This document shows, piece by piece, positions 31,194-40,186 of a stretch of DNA of 64,000 nt (position 1 is the first letter of the stretch; each line of letters starts with the position of its first letter). The position numbers and the translations under genes are program-made. The notes beneath the pieces are model-generated. The model had not been told where the DNA came from, ran no database searches, and saw nothing but the letters and a program-made list of their open reading frames with translations. The DNA is from Alphaproteobacteria bacterium. GTDB lineage: Bacteria > Pseudomonadota > Alphaproteobacteria > SP197. The stretch is taken from contig OZ245842.1 of the NCBI GenBank assembly GCA_965228895.1, positions 2,839,964 to 2,903,963 on the forward strand, read 5' to 3'.

Positions 31194-31374
31194 TGATCTC
31201 AGCACACAACAAGCGTTTGTGGGCCTTGGACAGCCGACGGGTTTGCCGTCCGGCTCGACGATCGGTTGCTGTGCAGCGCATCCCGGACAGGAACACCAGA
31301 CTTGCCACGCACCTTGCGGTAGTGGTTAGGTCGTCGGCACGTCTCGGGTAGGTTGCCATCCAAGGCACCATTTT

Positions 31375-32274
31375 ATGCGTCAGTTTGGGTTCCTGGTTCT
31401 GATTGTGATCATGGGGGTTGCTTGGGGCGCCGAGTTCTCGATGCTGAAGCTCGCGCTACAGGGCGGCTATGACGAGATCACCGTCCTCACGGTTTCCCTG
31501 GGCCTGATCGCGATCGCCTACTTCGTCGTGCTGGTCGTGCGCGGCAAGGTGTTCTGGGTGACCTGGGACACCGTGGTGTTCCTGATCATCACGGCGCTCA
31601 TGGGTTATCTGATACCGCTGTTGGCGGTGCTCTATGCGGCACCCCATTTACCGGTCGGCATCATGACGTTGATCGCGTCGCTCTCGCCGGTGGTCACGGT
31701 CAGTACCGCGTTGCTGCTGCGCACCGAACTGGTCTCAGCACGCCGCGTCGCCGCCATCGCGTTGGGCACACTGGCGGCACTCCTGGTCCTGGCGCCCGAA
31801 GCCAGCCTGCCCGGCTTCGGCACCCTGCCCTGGATGTTGCTGGTCTGCCTGGTGCCGCTCAGCTACGGCGTCGAATCCATCTATGTCGCCGCGCGTTGGC
31901 CGCGCCGTCTCGACGCGTGGCAGGTCAGCTTCGGCGAAGCGCTCATGGCCTTTCTCCTGATCCTGCCGGTTTGCGTGATCTTTGGCGACACGGCGTATGA
32001 CGGCTTCACGTGGTCGATCGCGGAGACCGGCATCGTCTTGTTCGTCGTCGCCGGGTTGATCAACATCGTGCTCTATTTCTACATTATCCAGCACACCGGC
32101 GGCGTGCTCGTCTCGTTCGGCAGCTTCGTTTCGCTCTTCGCCGGCATTGCGTGGGGCATGGTGCTGTTCTCCGAAAGCCACGGGATCATGGTTTGGATCG
32201 CGGTCGCGGTTTTGATTCTGGCGTTGGTGGTCGTGGCGATGGACAGCGCCGACAAACAACGCAAAAAAGATTGA
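31375..32274 (+). CDS. DMT-superfamily (EamA-like) transporter
   Basis: The product is 299 aa with about 10 hydrophobic helices and internal duplication typical of EamA domains. Confidence 0.6.
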   Translation: MRQFGFLVLIVIMGVAWGAEFSMLKLALQGGYDEITVLTVSLGLIAIAYFVVLVVRGKVFWVTWDTVVFLIITALMGYLIPLLAVLYAAPHLPVGIMTLIASLSPVVTVSTALLLRTELVSARRVAAIALGTLAALLVLAPEASLPGFGTLPWMLLVCLVPLSYGVESIYVAARWPRRLDAWQVSFGEALMAFLLILPVCVIFGDTAYDGFTWSIAETGIVLFVVAGLINIVLYFYIIQHTGGVLVSFGSFVSLFAGIAWGMVLFSESHGIMVWIAVAVLILALVVVAMDSADKQRKKD

Positions 32275-32322
32275 GAGCCTAGACCGGACTGGCAAGAGGA
32301 CGCGGCTCGGCGCGGCGAGATC

Positions 32323-33630
32323 CTAACGCGGCGCCGCAGCCTCACCTGTTATCGGCGCGCGATAGGCCAGCGCCGGCACCAGGCGACCAATCCAGCGGAA
32401 GAGGCCATGACGTTCGATCCACTCGGCATAGGCGACATAGGTCAGGTCCTCGGAGAGGTGGCGTTCCTCGGTGCGCGCGCGCGCGACATAGATCGCGTTG
32501 ACGACGAGCAACAGGAGACAGTTGCGCAGCGCGTCCTCCCAGCTTGTCAGCGAGATGAAGGGCACGCTTAAGAGCCACCAGTAGATGTTCTTGGCGATGT
32601 AGGACGGGTGTTTGGTCCAGCGGTAGGGCCCGTTGGTCAATATGCCGCGGTGTGTCAGGTTGGAGAAGCGCAGGCCGAACGTCATGTTGGCCCAGACCCA
32701 CAGAATGTTGGCGAGCACCATGAGGCCGGCCCATGCATAGAGCAGGACGCTGTCGTCCTTCAGCCAATCCCACCAGCCGAAACCGTCGTTGTAGCTGAGG
32801 TACTGATTGGCGATGACCGACCAAAACGGTTGATAGCAAATCAGGGCGACCAGCCAGCCGATAACCAGCGGATTGACCGAGCGGATGTGGTTATCGAGCA
32901 GGCGCAGGGTCACCACATAGCCGATCGAGACAAACGCAAGATCGGCGAAGACTGCGACCTTGAAGAACCAGGCGACGGTCCCGAACGCGTTGTCGAACCC
33001 GCCGCCGACAGGATTGGTCATGACCCAGCCGATGACGTCATAGAACCCCGAGACCATCAGCGGCAGAAAGAAGGCACGAATGACCCAGCCGAGCAGAAAG
33101 GTCTTGAGCGTCTGGCCGTCACGGCCGCGCCAACGACCGAGACAAAGCCGGCCCCAGTGCCAGGCGCCGTCCTTTGGCGCCGTCATGCGCCGGTCGATCC
33201 ACACGACGTAAGGCACGGTGAGGACGACGACAAGCGGCAGGCTCCAGGTGGCGAGCGTGATGAAGGGCGCATAGAAGTCGCGGCCATAGATCGGCATCGC
33301 CCAATAGAACAGCGCGAGAAGCGCGATCATCACGCCGAGCCCAAGCAGCTTCGTCGCGACACGTGCGGTGTCTATCGGGTCTAGCGGATCGCCTGGGCTT
33401 TTGAGCCCGGCCGTTGGACGCCGGTGGACCTTGAGCACGATGAGATCGCCAAGCGCCATGGGCAGCGCGACAAGCACGAGCGCGATGGCCGTCGCCCACA
33501 GCGTCGCGACCTCCAGCCACGCCATCATCACCAGACCGGCGCTGACGGCGCCGAGCCCCGCAAGGCAGATCCAACCGTTGGTGACCGAGGCCGGCGGCGC
33601 CGCCCTACCCGTGCTGTGCTCACTGGCCAT
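32323..33630 (-). CDS. Polytopic membrane protein with a C-terminal ICMT/PEMT-like methyltransferase domain
   Basis: The C-terminus has GILTNGPYRWTKHPSYIAKNIYWW...ARARTEERHL, the isoprenylcysteine carboxyl / phospholipid methyltransferase signature. It is preceded by about 250 aa of additional TM helices. Confidence 0.55.
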   Translation of the reverse strand: MASEHSTGRAAPPASVTNGWICLAGLGAVSAGLVMMAWLEVATLWATAIALVLVALPMALGDLIVLKVHRRPTAGLKSPGDPLDPIDTARVATKLLGLGVMIALLALFYWAMPIYGRDFYAPFITLATWSLPLVVVLTVPYVVWIDRRMTAPKDGAWHWGRLCLGRWRGRDGQTLKTFLLGWVIRAFFLPLMVSGFYDVIGWVMTNPVGGGFDNAFGTVAWFFKVAVFADLAFVSIGYVVTLRLLDNHIRSVNPLVIGWLVALICYQPFWSVIANQYLSYNDGFGWWDWLKDDSVLLYAWAGLMVLANILWVWANMTFGLRFSNLTHRGILTNGPYRWTKHPSYIAKNIYWWLLSVPFISLTSWEDALRNCLLLLVVNAIYVARARTEERHLSEDLTYVAYAEWIERHGLFRWIGRLVPALAYRAPITGEAAAPR

Positions 33631-34457
33631 GGGAGGCGCACTATCGGCAAATCGCGCAAGGCCGGAAACGCAGCGCGACGCGTGATTGGGGCGTGCAGCA
33701 CCAAGACTGGTTGTTTACTTCCGCTTTTGGCGATCATTCGGTGCAGCGCCGGAAGGTCACTCGCGCGGCGGCTTGATGTTGCTTCCGCGCCGAATCTACC
33801 CGGTCAAACGCGACAGACGCAGCCGTCGGCTTGCCGCGTCATCCCTAGCGCTCTCATCTCAACGCAAGAACGTCTTGGTGGCCTATACTTTCGAGATAAT
33901 AAACGGTGTTTACCCTCAATAGTGGTAGATTGCTTCAAAGGGTGGGCCCCATGGCCGATCGCTCCATGTCGAGGGCTGTCAGCGTTGTATGTCAACGCCT
34001 TGGAGCCATCGGCCAGTGCTCAATTGAGCGCCGAGGCTGCGCTCACGGTGAGAGCGATGGCATCGCAAATCGATAGCCTGCGAGCACGGCAGAAACGATT
34101 TGGTGGCAGAACGACCGCCGAATGCGGCCAGACTCGCGCACGACGACGTCATGACGGCATGTGATGCAATCGTGAACGTGGTTCACGACATAACGTGACG
34201 GCAATCACCATCAAAAGTGGTAGTCAATAAGTGCATAATATGTAATGAATTCGGAGAGGAAGTTACCAAAACGTCGAGCGCATGACGGTAGAAGGTAGTA
34301 CCTCATTCGTGGAAGCAATTTACAAAGTTCTTAACGCATCATTCCCTAAACGATTGCCGCTGTTTGCCAAGCCCGGCGCCTGTCGACGGGCAGGCGGAAC
34401 ACCGCTGATGGGTCTACACGAGTCGGCGGCCGCCATGTCGAAGGCGGAGGTGGCGTC

Positions 34458-35378
34458 ATGTTGACCGACGATGCCGCCACGCGGCCTCAGATGCGCGCAG
34501 CACTCGACATCACCATCCTGCGCACGCTGGTCATGATCGTCGACAGCGGCGGATTCACGCGCGCGGCCGAACGCCTGGGCATTACCCAGTCGGCGGTCAG
34601 CCTGCAGATCAAACGGCTGGAAGAAGCCACCGGCCAAAGCATGTTCGTACGCGAGGGACGCCAGGTTCACCTGACGTCGGACGGCGAGATGCTGCTGGAT
34701 TACGCGCGCGAGATCGTCCGGCTGGAGGAAGAAGCGCGGCTGCGTCTGGTTGAACCGGGCGAGCGCCGCAGCGTCAGCCTGTGGGCGACCGAGGACATCG
34801 CGACCGCGTATCTCAACAACCTGCAGGCCGCGAGCCAGCGGATCGCGCTCAACGTGCGCTCCGACAACCCGGCCAGCGTCGTCAACCAGATGGCCCAAGG
34901 CGCTTTTGACCTGGCGCTCATCAGGCGCGAGCCCGGCGCGACCCGTGGCGGCGCGTGGCGCCATGACCTCGCCTGGATCGAGCCGCTGGCCTGGATCGGT
35001 CCGGTCGGCACCAAAACCGAGGAGTTCTCCGGCCGGGTGCCGCTGATCCTGCCGTCGCCGCCCAGCATCGCGCGCCAGCGCATGCTGGACCTTGTCGAAC
35101 GCGAGCGTCCGGCCTGGCGCATCGTGTTGTCGACAACCAGCCTGTCGATGCGCCTGGAAGCGGTTCGCCGCGGCCTCGGTGTCAGCATCGCGCCGCGCCA
35201 CACGGTGCCCGCCGACCTTTCCGTGCTGGAGGATATGCCGCCGATCACGGTGCCGGCGCTGCTCGCCATGGCACGTTCGCGCAATTCGATCAGCAACGAA
35301 GCGCGGCGCATCGAGGAGATGATCGTTGCCCTGCTCGATCAGCGGCTGATGCGCGACCGCCGGCTAAAAGAAAGCTGA
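34458..35378 (+). CDS. LysR family transcriptional regulator
   Basis: The wHTH is LRTLVMIVDSGGFTRAAERLGITQSAVSLQIKRLEE. GGAGG lies upstream of the ATG. Confidence 0.9.
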   Translation: MLTDDAATRPQMRAALDITILRTLVMIVDSGGFTRAAERLGITQSAVSLQIKRLEEATGQSMFVREGRQVHLTSDGEMLLDYAREIVRLEEEARLRLVEPGERRSVSLWATEDIATAYLNNLQAASQRIALNVRSDNPASVVNQMAQGAFDLALIRREPGATRGGAWRHDLAWIEPLAWIGPVGTKTEEFSGRVPLILPSPPSIARQRMLDLVERERPAWRIVLSTTSLSMRLEAVRRGLGVSIAPRHTVPADLSVLEDMPPITVPALLAMARSRNSISNEARRIEEMIVALLDQRLMRDRRLKES

Positions 35379-35391
35379 GCGCACCAATCCA

Positions 35392-36840
35392 CTAGTCGCC
35401 CATGGGGATGGCCGGCGGTGCGATATCCAACGCGCCGCCGCCGCTCCAATGGCGCTCACCGACGCCGGCATCGCTACGGATCTGCGCGGCTTCAAGGCCG
35501 GTGAGCGCGCCTTCGTAGTCCAGACCCAGCACCCTTCCCTCCTCGACCACCTTTTGGCCGTCGACATAGACCGCCGAGATCGGGCGTTCGAGCGCATGGA
35601 ACAACAGGCAGCGCAGCGGATCGCGCGCCGGTCGCATCGACGGATGGTCGAGGTTCACCGTCACCAAGTCAGCGCGGGCGCCGGGTGCCAGCCGGCCAAT
35701 ATCATCGCGGCCAAGCGCACGGGCGCCACCGATCGTCGCGGCCTCGAACACATCCGCGGTCACGGTGGCGTCCAGATTGGCGTCGGCTGCCTTGGCCAGA
35801 ACACAGGCCCAGCGCATCTCATCCAGCATGTTGTGGGGCGTCGTATCGGTACCGATTACCATGTTTACCCCGGCGCGCCGGTAGGCCCCGAAGCTTTCCA
35901 GGATGGCGCCGTAGCGCGCGAACGGCGTCGGACAATGGGCGACGGTGACGCCGGCATCTGCCATCAGGTCCAGGTCCTCGCGGGTGTGCCAGCGCACCCA
36001 GCTATGGGTGTCGATGTAGATCGCGTGCGCCAGGATGGTGCGCGGACCCAACAGCTCGAGATCGGCCAGGAATCGCACCGGCGACACGCCATGGCGGCGC
36101 CGGATCTCCTGCACTTCCTGAACGCTCTCCGAGATATGCATATGAAAGCGCCAGTCGCGCGCCTGACATAGGTCCATGGTTTCGCGCAGCAAGTCGGGCG
36201 AACAGGTGTCGCTGGTCGCCGGTGACGGCATGCCGCCCAACCGGCCGCACGGATGCGCCTCGGCCGCTTCGATCACCGCGATCGCGGCCGCCATATCGGC
36301 GGCGCCATCGTCGGTCCTCCAGTCATAGATGACCTCGCGGCCATTCTCCGAATGCCAACCGGCCGAGCCATACATCGGCGCGGCATAGGCACGCGCGCCG
36401 CTTGCGGCCATCAAATCGACCCAGCCGTCAAACGGGTGGCTCAGGTCGACAAAGGTGGTAACGCCCGACAGCAGCATCTCGGTATAGGCGACGGCGGCGG
36501 AATGCGGTTCGCCTTCCGCGTCCGTGGTGAACACGGCCTTGGCGTCATAGAGACCGCTCCACCAGAGCTCGGGGTTGCCGAGCTCCTCGACGATGCCTTT
36601 GTAGAGCGGCTGGGACGTCGGGTGACTATGCAGGTCGACCAGTCCGGGCATGACAAAAAGGTTACGGCCATCGACCTGGTGCGCGACATCGCCCTCGTAG
36701 CGGCCGCCGACCTGGATGAGTTCGCCACCGCGGAACGCGACATCGCCGCCGCGCAGATAGGTGTGCCGCCGATGATCGACGTCCCACGCGGCGATCCAGG
36801 CCGCATTCTTGATGACCGTGACCTCGTCGAGCTCATTCAT
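35392..36840 (-). CDS. Amidohydrolase-superfamily deaminase/chlorohydrolase-like enzyme
   Basis: VDLHSHP is the HxH motif. HMHISES, ILAHAIY and VIGTDT are further metal and catalytic motifs of the ATZ/TRZ-guanine deaminase-like group. The start is the ATG at 36840 (MNELDEVTVIKNAAW). Confidence 0.75.
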   Translation of the reverse strand: MNELDEVTVIKNAAWIAAWDVDHRRHTYLRGGDVAFRGGELIQVGGRYEGDVAHQVDGRNLFVMPGLVDLHSHPTSQPLYKGIVEELGNPELWWSGLYDAKAVFTTDAEGEPHSAAVAYTEMLLSGVTTFVDLSHPFDGWVDLMAASGARAYAAPMYGSAGWHSENGREVIYDWRTDDGAADMAAAIAVIEAAEAHPCGRLGGMPSPATSDTCSPDLLRETMDLCQARDWRFHMHISESVQEVQEIRRRHGVSPVRFLADLELLGPRTILAHAIYIDTHSWVRWHTREDLDLMADAGVTVAHCPTPFARYGAILESFGAYRRAGVNMVIGTDTTPHNMLDEMRWACVLAKAADANLDATVTADVFEAATIGGARALGRDDIGRLAPGARADLVTVNLDHPSMRPARDPLRCLLFHALERPISAVYVDGQKVVEEGRVLGLDYEGALTGLEAAQIRSDAGVGERHWSGGGALDIAPPAIPMGD

Positions 36841-37004
36841 GACGGCGGCACTCCCGCAGTTCGGCGTTTTCAACAGGCTAGGATCTTTTTGACAGTCTTG
36901 GAAACGCCAGCGCCGCTGCCCACAGGGAAATGCGTTGGTGCGGCGCACTTGGCGGCCTAGGATCAAGTGACTGAAGACCGATAGACCGCCAGGATCCGGC
37001 AGGC

Positions 37005-38141
37005 ATGGCAACAGTGAGACACTTCTCCCGCATCATCGACCGCATGGCAGGCGGTCGCGCCGTCGACCGCCGCGACCTCATGCAGGCGATGACCGCACTC
37101 GGGCTTGGCGTTGCCGCCATGCCGCTGGTTCCAAGACGCGCCGATGCCCAGAACGTCGTGGCTTACTTCACCTGGTCCGGTTACGAGGTACGCGAGCTTC
37201 ACCCAGGCTTCATCGAGACCTATGGCGAGGGCAGTGTCGCCGCGACGTTTTTCGGCAGCGAGGAAGAAGCACTCTCCAAACTGCGGCGCGACTACCGGGC
37301 CGACATCGCTCACCCGTGCAGTTACTCCATGCCGCATTGGATCGACGCCGGTGTTGCCGGCCCGGTCGACGTGACCCGTCTCAGCAATTGGCCGGACTTG
37401 TTCGCGCACCTGCGCGAGTTACCCGATACCATGCGCGACGGCGAACATTACCTGGTGCCGTTCGACTGGGGCACCTCGTCGGTGCTCTACCGGTCCGACC
37501 TGGTCGACCCGAAATATGTCGACGATCCGACCTGGGGCATTCTGTTCGACGAGACCTATGCCGGGCGCCTGGCGATGTACGACACGTCGGTCATGGTTGA
37601 TGTCGCGATGCTGGTGAACGGCCACCATGACATCGCCTCGTTCACCGATGCGCAACTGGAAGAGGCCCGGCCCTTACTCGAAAAAGGCGACAGCCTGTTT
37701 CGCTTCTATTGGACCGACCCGACGGAGGTCACGCGCGATCTGGCCTCAGGCGACCTGGTCGCCGCCTATGCCTGGAACGGCATGACCAAACCGCTCGTCG
37801 AACAAGGCGTGCCGGTCACCTACATGAACCCGAAAGAAGGTCAGTTCACGTGGGTCTGCGGTTTGACCATCGACCCACGCAGCCAGGCCGACCCGGCGAT
37901 GGTCTATGCGTTCATCGACGCCATGATCTCGCCGGAAGCCGGGGTCTACGAAATCGAGGTCTATGATTACGGCCACGCCAACATGAAGGCGTTCGAGCTG
38001 GCCTCGCCTGACGCCTTGACGCGCCTCGGCTTCACCGATCCCAAGGCGGTCATCGACCAGGGCAACTTCATCCCTGCCCTGCCCGCCGATCTCGAAGCGA
38101 AGATCAACACGCTGGCCGACGAGATCAAAGCCGGCCTTTAA
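37005..38141 (+). CDS. PotD/PotF-like periplasmic solute-binding protein with a Tat-type signal (paralog 3)
   Basis: The signal is VDRRDLMQAMTALGLGVAAMPLVPRRADA. The body is homologous to the ORFs at 11855 and 13198 (FTWSGYE..., DTSVMVD...). Confidence 0.7.
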   Translation: MATVRHFSRIIDRMAGGRAVDRRDLMQAMTALGLGVAAMPLVPRRADAQNVVAYFTWSGYEVRELHPGFIETYGEGSVAATFFGSEEEALSKLRRDYRADIAHPCSYSMPHWIDAGVAGPVDVTRLSNWPDLFAHLRELPDTMRDGEHYLVPFDWGTSSVLYRSDLVDPKYVDDPTWGILFDETYAGRLAMYDTSVMVDVAMLVNGHHDIASFTDAQLEEARPLLEKGDSLFRFYWTDPTEVTRDLASGDLVAAYAWNGMTKPLVEQGVPVTYMNPKEGQFTWVCGLTIDPRSQADPAMVYAFIDAMISPEAGVYEIEVYDYGHANMKAFELASPDALTRLGFTDPKAVIDQGNFIPALPADLEAKINTLADEIKAGL

Positions 38142-38158
38142 CGTTCTGAGAGGGTTTC

Positions 38159-38554
38159 ATGATGTTGAAGGGGACTTGCCTTTGCGGCGCGGTGCGCCTT
38201 GAGGTCAGCGGACAGCTGGAACGCCTGCCCGAAGCGTGCCACTGCTCCCAATGCCGCAAGCAGTCAGGTCACTTTCTTGCAGCCGTCAACGTGCGGCGCA
38301 CGGAACTGTCGATTCTCGGCGGCGACAAGGTCACCTGGTATCGGTCGTCCGACAAGGTGCAACGTGGATTCTGCTCCGTCTGCGGATCGTCCCTGTTCTG
38401 GAACCCCACGATTGAGGGCTACGAATACACGGCTGTGGCAATGGGATTGTTCGATTCGCCAACCGGCAGCCGTATCGCCAAGCACACTTTTGTCGCTGAC
38501 AAAGGCGACTACTACGACCTCGATGACGACATCCCCCAAAGCGAGAGCTACTGA
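38159..38554 (+). CDS. GFA (glutathione-dependent formaldehyde-activating / CENP-V) family protein
   Basis: The cysteine pattern CLCGAV...CHCSQCRKQSG...CSVCGSSLF is typical of the GFA zinc sites. Confidence 0.8.
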   Translation: MMLKGTCLCGAVRLEVSGQLERLPEACHCSQCRKQSGHFLAAVNVRRTELSILGGDKVTWYRSSDKVQRGFCSVCGSSLFWNPTIEGYEYTAVAMGLFDSPTGSRIAKHTFVADKGDYYDLDDDIPQSESY

Positions 38555-38597
38555 GTCGATCATCATTGGACATTCGCCCCGAGCCCGGCTATCCGGG

Positions 38598-38737
38598 TTA
38601 GAGCAGATCCTGTTTTGATGAAATCGCTTCGCGATGCCAGCAAAGCAGGTGAATCTGCTCTACTCATAGATAGAGAGCGGATTCACATGGTTAGGTGGAA
38701 CCGCCAAACGGTTCCACCTAACCATGATCCGCTCTAG
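38598..38737. repeat. 140-bp TA-flanked mosaic palindromic element, copy 2
   Basis: It is collinear with copy 1 (25289-25428) in the same orientation. The differences within stems are compensatory or create T:G pairs. Confidence 0.8.
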
Positions 38738-38764
38738 GCCGCATTCTTGCAGGAGCACAAACCC

Positions 38765-40078
38765 ATGGCTGCGTTAGCGATCGACCTGTTGCCCAAGGTT
38801 GCCTGGGGCAAGGGCATGTACATCTACGACACCGACGGCAAGCGTTACCTCGACGGATCCGGCGGGCCGGCGACTTTCTGTCTGGGCCATGGCAACGAAG
38901 AGGTCAACGCAGCGATCAAGGAACAGCTTGACCGCATCGCGTTTGGCTACCGCCATCACTTCCGCAGCGATGCCGCCGAGGAACTGCAAGACATCATTAC
39001 CGAACGCGGCGGCGGCAACCTGAAGCACTGCATCTTCACCACCGGCGGCTCGGAATCGACGGAGTCGTGTCTGAAACTGGCGCTGCAGTATCACGCGGCG
39101 CGCGGCGACATGTCACGCCGCCGCTTCATTTCGCGGCAGCGAAGCTGGCACGGCAACACGCTGGGCGCGCTCTCGGTCTCCGGCTTCCTTGCGCGTCAGG
39201 AACCTTACTTCGGCTCGTTGCTGGAAGTGAGCCACCTGTCGCCGGTCAACACCTATCGCCCGCCCGAGGGTGTCGCGCCGGAAGACGTAGCCGAATACTG
39301 TGCCAATGAGTTGGAAGATGAGATCCTGCGGCTCGGCGCCGACAAGGTTGCGGCCTTCATCTTCGAGCCGGTGGTCGGTGCCGCCGGCGGTGCTGTGCCG
39401 GCGCCTGACGGTTATGCCAAGCGTATCCGCGAGATCTGCGATCGCCATGGCGTCTTAATGATCTCCGATGAAGTGATGTGCGGCGTCGGACGCTGCGGCA
39501 CGTGGCGCGCCTTGGAGCATGACGGGGTCGAGCCGGACATCATGGCGATTGCCAAGGGCCTGGGCGGCGGTTATCTGCCCCTGGGTGCAGCGGTCTATAC
39601 CGACAAGGTCGCCGAGCCGATCAACCGGGTGCACGGCATGCCGATCACCGGCCATACCTTCACCGCCCACACGACGGCGTGCGCGGCCGGCGTCGCGGTG
39701 CAGAAGATCATGATTCGCGACGGTCTGGTCGACCGTGTCGCCGAAGAAGGTCAATACCTGCGAGACCAACTGGAGTCGGCGCTCGGGCAGAACCCCCATG
39801 TCGGCAACATTCGCGGCCGTGGATTTTTCCAGGGCGTTGAATTGGTCGAAGACCGCGAAACCAAAGAGCCGTTCGCGCCGGAGCATAAGATGTTCTTCCG
39901 CGTCATGCAGGAATCGGTCGAAGGCGGTTTGATCTGTTATCCGACCGGTGGCAACGTGGACGGTGTCAAAGGCGACCAGATCATCATCGCGCCGGCTTAT
40001 AACGCCACCCGTGACGAACTGGACGAGATCGTGAGCCTGCTGGTTCCGGCCATCGACCGGGCCGTCGCCTCGATTTAG
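38765..40078 (+). CDS. Class-III (omega) aminotransferase
   Basis: GSGGPATFCLGHGNEEV, ISDEVMCGVGRCGT and IAKGLGGGYLPLG (PLP lysine) are present. I chose the ATG at 38765 with AGGAG 9 nt upstream. The track ORF starts at TTG 38747. Confidence 0.85.
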   Translation: MAALAIDLLPKVAWGKGMYIYDTDGKRYLDGSGGPATFCLGHGNEEVNAAIKEQLDRIAFGYRHHFRSDAAEELQDIITERGGGNLKHCIFTTGGSESTESCLKLALQYHAARGDMSRRRFISRQRSWHGNTLGALSVSGFLARQEPYFGSLLEVSHLSPVNTYRPPEGVAPEDVAEYCANELEDEILRLGADKVAAFIFEPVVGAAGGAVPAPDGYAKRIREICDRHGVLMISDEVMCGVGRCGTWRALEHDGVEPDIMAIAKGLGGGYLPLGAAVYTDKVAEPINRVHGMPITGHTFTAHTTACAAGVAVQKIMIRDGLVDRVAEEGQYLRDQLESALGQNPHVGNIRGRGFFQGVELVEDRETKEPFAPEHKMFFRVMQESVEGGLICYPTGGNVDGVKGDQIIIAPAYNATRDELDEIVSLLVPAIDRAVASI

Positions 40079-40186
40079 GCGGTATGGCGTATCGTCGACA
40101 TCACCGGTAACGCGTAAACAAATCAAACACACGCTCTCACGAAGCCTTGACTGGACGGTGTTCGGCTAAGTTTTCACCCTATTGCC

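Noticed and set aside
31117-34457. Genomic island integrated at tRNA-Pro.
   Set aside because: I found no integrase, no direct repeat of the tRNA 3' end downstream, and no clear compositional shift in the adjacent DMT and ICMT genes. Only the 33.6-34.5 kb gap is odd, and it is reported separately.
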